NCBI GenBank assembly: GCA_963693365.1
Contig: CAVNZM010000005.1
Location: forward strand, 186,001 to 250,000
Length of the DNA: 64,000 nt
Direction of reading: 5' to 3'
From: Amoebidium appalachense
Lineage: Eukaryota > Protista > Ichthyosporea
The position numbers and the translations under genes are program-made. Below, in pieces: positions 38,223 through 64,000 of this stretch; position 1 is the first letter of the stretch; each line of letters begins with the position of its first letter. Below the pieces are notes generated by a model. That model did not search any database. It was not told where the DNA came from and was given only the letters and a program-made list of their open reading frames with translations.

Positions 38223-39635
38223 GGCGGGAAGGTGGGGGGGTGGATGGTGGTCGTAGAGTGCACGTGTGTGGTGTGTGTGTCTGTGTGAGTGCGCGCGCAC
38301 ACACAAGCGAATGTGTGTGTGTTTGAGGGTGAGCGGGGGGGGAGGGGGGGGATCGTGGTGTGTGTGTGTGTGTGTGTGGTTTGTGCATGTGCATGTTTTT
38401 GTGTGTGTGTGTGTGTGTGTGTGTAGGGGGGGGGGGGGGGGGGGGGGGGGGGGAGGGGGAGGGATATACCATGGATGTGGGAAGCCAGGTGAAGCTGGGT
38501 GGGGGCACGGCGTAGGGGTTCTCTCCGTAGCTGTTGTAGAACTGGGGGGACCCGGGGGTGTAGGGTGGGCCCTGCATGGGGCTCGATAGGGGGGACAGCC
38601 CGTGCGGGCTCATATGGGGGGGCGGCCCTGCACATGGCAAAGAGTCGGAATGCAGCGTAAGCAATACTAGTGTTACTGTGTTTCAACTGTGGAGTCTGTG
38701 AGCTGCTTCAGTGTGCTTGTGTTTGCATGTTCTTTCGTTTCTAAGCAGCAACAGTCGGTCTAGCCAGGAACTGTCTATGTGCTTTTGCAGGTAGATGTCA
38801 AGGTACCCTTAACACAACAACTGTTACTTGCAACCTATTGCGTGTATGTCCTCTTTGTCAACACGCGTACGTGTGCACTTGAATCCGCAGTGAATAGTGG
38901 ATGTGTGTTATACGTGGGTGGTTGCCTGAGGGGGCCTGTACCTGTGCCAATGTGGGTGTATGTGCCTGCGTGTGCGCGTCTGTGTGCACACGTGCGCGCT
39001 TGTCCAAAGTAATTGTGTGTTTGTGTAGTGTGTGCGCGTTCGTTCCCCCCGTGTCCACATGATGTGTGTGTGACTGTATGTGTACTTGAACAGAAAGCAC
39101 AATGCAAATGCTTGAGTGGCACGGGCCCATATATGCGTGTGTACGTGTTTTATGTTCGATGTCTGAATGGATGCTGTGTGTATGTGTGTGATTGTGTGCG
39201 CGCAAGCAAGTGTTAGGGGTCAGACGCACCAAACGGCAGAGGTGGCGGGTAGTAGACGGAGGAGTTGTCCACCCCCGGGCCAGGCGAGGGGGTGTTGTAG
39301 GAGGAGGGGGGAGGATATATCGAGGGGTAGCCAGGTGACTGGGGTTGGGGTGGTGGTGGCACACAGTAGACTTGGGGGTGTGAATAGACGGGGGCAGCGT
39401 GGCTGGCATAGTGGGCTTCTTGGGGGTAGGCGGTCGGATAGTAGTTGTATTGCACTTGTTGTTGGGGCACGGGGTACTGGTCCACAGGGGAATGAGGTGG
39501 GGGGTGTGGGGATTGAGGTGGCGGGAGAGGGGAATGGGGCGGGGGTTGCGGAGAATGAGGTGGGGGCTGTCGGTAAGGGTCATAGTTGTTTATCGGAGGA
39601 TACCCTGCCGATTGGTAGTGGTTTGGATTACTCAT
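35410..39635 (-). CDS. ~488-aa protein: Pro/Tyr-rich N-terminus plus conserved C-terminal domain (SKHAMH..YAGEF..IDNNSGTYAP) resembling that of fungal/amoebozoan C2-domain-associated proteins
   Basis: Phase-consistent exons 39230-39635, 38470-38627, 37279-37587, 36434-36775, 35410-35661. Family resemblance is from recall, not from a search. Confidence 0.75.
36864..36992 (-). mobile_element. Family A element, 5'-truncated, intronic
   Basis: Reverse complement of 9813-9941 between G-tracts; shares the same short internal deletion as the 9570 copy. Confidence 0.88.
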
Positions 39636-40771
39636 GGTGGGAATTGGTTGGGGGTGAAGTGGTCTGAAGTGTGCGTGCTAGAATGAGAAGATAACTAAGA
39701 AGTTATACAGGCTATGTCGGATGGCAAATCCTCTTCAACCTCTATGGCGCTAGTCGTGGCTCTAACTACTCTCCAACCTCCTGTAATAGTGGCCCTAAAG
39801 CTACATTTGGCTGGGCGTAGAGAAAACACAACTCCGAAAGGAACAAAAAGTGCTTCAAGAAGTTCGAAAAACAGAAAAGTGCTTCAAAGCCTTCCAACGT
39901 TGGCCAGGCCAGGCAGGAATTTATAGGAGATTTCTAAGCCAATCAAAGTGCTTTGCCGTAACACGTCATGTCGTCACAGATTGCAACTTTGCAAGGTGTT
40001 GTAAACTGAAATAAATAAGTGTTTTCCCTTCACATTCGTATATGCAGAACCAAAATTTTACAATGTTGATGGTATAATATTATTCAGAACTGGTCGCACA
40101 TTTGGATGTGGTCTAGCATGTACCATTTGCACATGCAAAGGCAGCTGCACATGGAGATCTTCGAGAAAGCAGGCGTCGATGACATTTCGCCAATCGCCTA
40201 TTTGGGAGAGTTTAGATTTCCAATGAGAGACATTCAGCACCCGTCGAAGAACTTCGAAGTTCAGTGTGAGTGCTACTGAAGAAAAACGCAATAAATATGT
40301 ACATATAAAATTATGAAAAAAAAAATTTAGTCCTGTGAAAGAGATATATATATTTATATATATTATATCGAATTTGTTATTCATTAAAAAGCATGCAACG
40401 CCTGAGCCCAGTGGATATCATAATATTTCGCGCCAAAATAAATGTATACCAAATAATGCCCTCTTATTTTAGCCATGTTCGGTACTGTCTGACGTCAGAG
40501 GGCATGTGTAGTCGACGTCCAAACCGCATACAACAACTTTTCTTGGAGTCGACTGGAGTGCAAACAGTTCAGAAAGCCTCAAGGTTCGCTCTTAGGCCGG
40601 CACACACACTGTGATATACGTATTTGTAAGAGGAAGCATTTAGAGTACGTTTAGGCATGGCGGTATAGCCACTGCACGGATATACGTACTGGCACGTGCA
40701 TACTTGTGTTGCGAGCCAGCCAGCTGCCAGGGTGCCTGGGTCCAAACTTCTGACAGGCACAGACAGGGAAC

Positions 40772-62620
<21,849 letters not shown>

Positions 62621-63140
62621 CATACCATATTTGATAGTAGTCACGTGATACCGCTAAGCTTGTATGATAGCAGTCGCGTGATTCCTTGGCATGCTCGCAT
62701 ACTTTTTTTGTGAAAACATGTCTTCGTTTTTTAACCCCGTATAGATAGCAGCTACACACCCTATATTAATAGCCGCCCACCCTGCCCGCCCTCGTGCCCA
62801 CGCACACACACACGTACATGGGCACTCGGTTGCATCACCACAAAACAACCTTGGCTGGGGGCGGCAGTGACCGTGTTGTGATGAGTAGAAACGACAATCA
62901 AGCATGAACCTGCATGCGCTGATAGAGACCAACCGTTTTCTATCGTGGTCGACAGATGGGCTCGGGTGGTGGCAACGGCCGAAGGCACTTTTTAACCCAT
63001 TGTACGAACTATACGTACCATATGTGGTGTAGCTACTAACAGGCCGGGCTGGATTAAATTTCTTGTGCAATAAAATGACGACAAAACACGCCCGGTATAC
63101 CTCTCTCTCTCTCTCTCGTGTGTGTGTGTGTGTGTGTGTC

Positions 63141-63262
<122 letters not shown>

Positions 63263-64000
63263 ACGCGCCTGCACACGTGTGTGCACATGTGTGTTCTTTA
63301 ACTCTTGTTTTTTCCTTGCAACCGGGGGGGTTGGGGGGGGGGGGGGGGGGGGGGGGGGGGATATGTCACGGTGAGCACATGTATATATCATCGGCCTGAA
63401 CCAGGCAACATCTCAGTTACTTGCACCGGACCAGTACACACCCGTGCACGTGGTGTGGCCAGCATCGTGAATAAGATGTACACATGCACACGTCCACAGC
63501 TCAAAAGATATATATGCAAAGGATTCTGAAGTTTTTTTATCTTTCATAGTGTAGGATTTTTATTATCAGTATGGCATTTTTCAAGTCAATCTATCTCTGC
63601 AATAAGTGGCCTGGGCCACATCTTAGTTCCCTGCCCATGCCCACACCACTTTTAAAATTAACGCGCGTCAGTAATTTTTAAATAGTACACATCACATGCC
63701 CTCAAAACATACGTAGTCATCTCTCAATAGGACCCCGGACGATCATGTGATGTGTGTGGGAAACAGCAAGCATGCTATGATCATCGGCGTATATGTCGGT
63801 GTGGGCGTATCATATGTGTGTGTGCACATGTGTGTGTGTGTGACGCGGTGTGGGTGCGCGTGACACGGTGTGTGTGTGGGGGGGCGTATGTGCATCTGTC
63901 TGTGTATACGTGTGTGCATCACCGTGTGTGTGCCTGTGAGAGTGCATTTGTGCCTGCACACATGCGTGCTTACAGTGAGTGTGTATGTGTGTGCGGGCTC

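Overview
Intron-rich eukaryotic genomic DNA saturated with (CA)n, (G/C)n and (GA)n microsatellites. Protein similarity suggests an opisthokont, possibly a unicellular holozoan (inference only). Most ORF-track entries are microsatellite artefacts. Spliced genes reconstructed by eye: an MPP-beta/complex III Core-1 protein with a degenerate Zn motif (+, 3402-9315); a frameshifted F-box/LRR gene (-); a small PH-like protein (+, 18497-19842); a secreted tandem-repeat protein (-, 28252-29091); a Pro-rich protein with a C-terminal 'DNNSGTY' domain (-, 35410-39635); and a SETDB-like MBD/pre-SET/split-SET/post-SET gene (+, 40772-62620) with altered active-site residues. Mobile DNA: a near-intact APE-RT non-LTR retrotransposon, a 5'-truncated Naiad/Chlamys-type Penelope-like element (PLE) in intron 1 of the SETDB-like gene, several short (C)n-targeting non-autonomous elements, and a Kolobok-like MITE. 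Main discovery: the PLE 3' end and two non-autonomous families share a ~155-nt RNA structure supported by covariation. It contains all hammerhead core nucleotides (CUGA[G/U]GA, GAAAC, GUU) in a rearranged, split order, with a conserved kink-turn hinge and palindromic loops. It is a candidate new hammerhead architecture in a PLE clade described as lacking canonical hammerheads; activity is untested.
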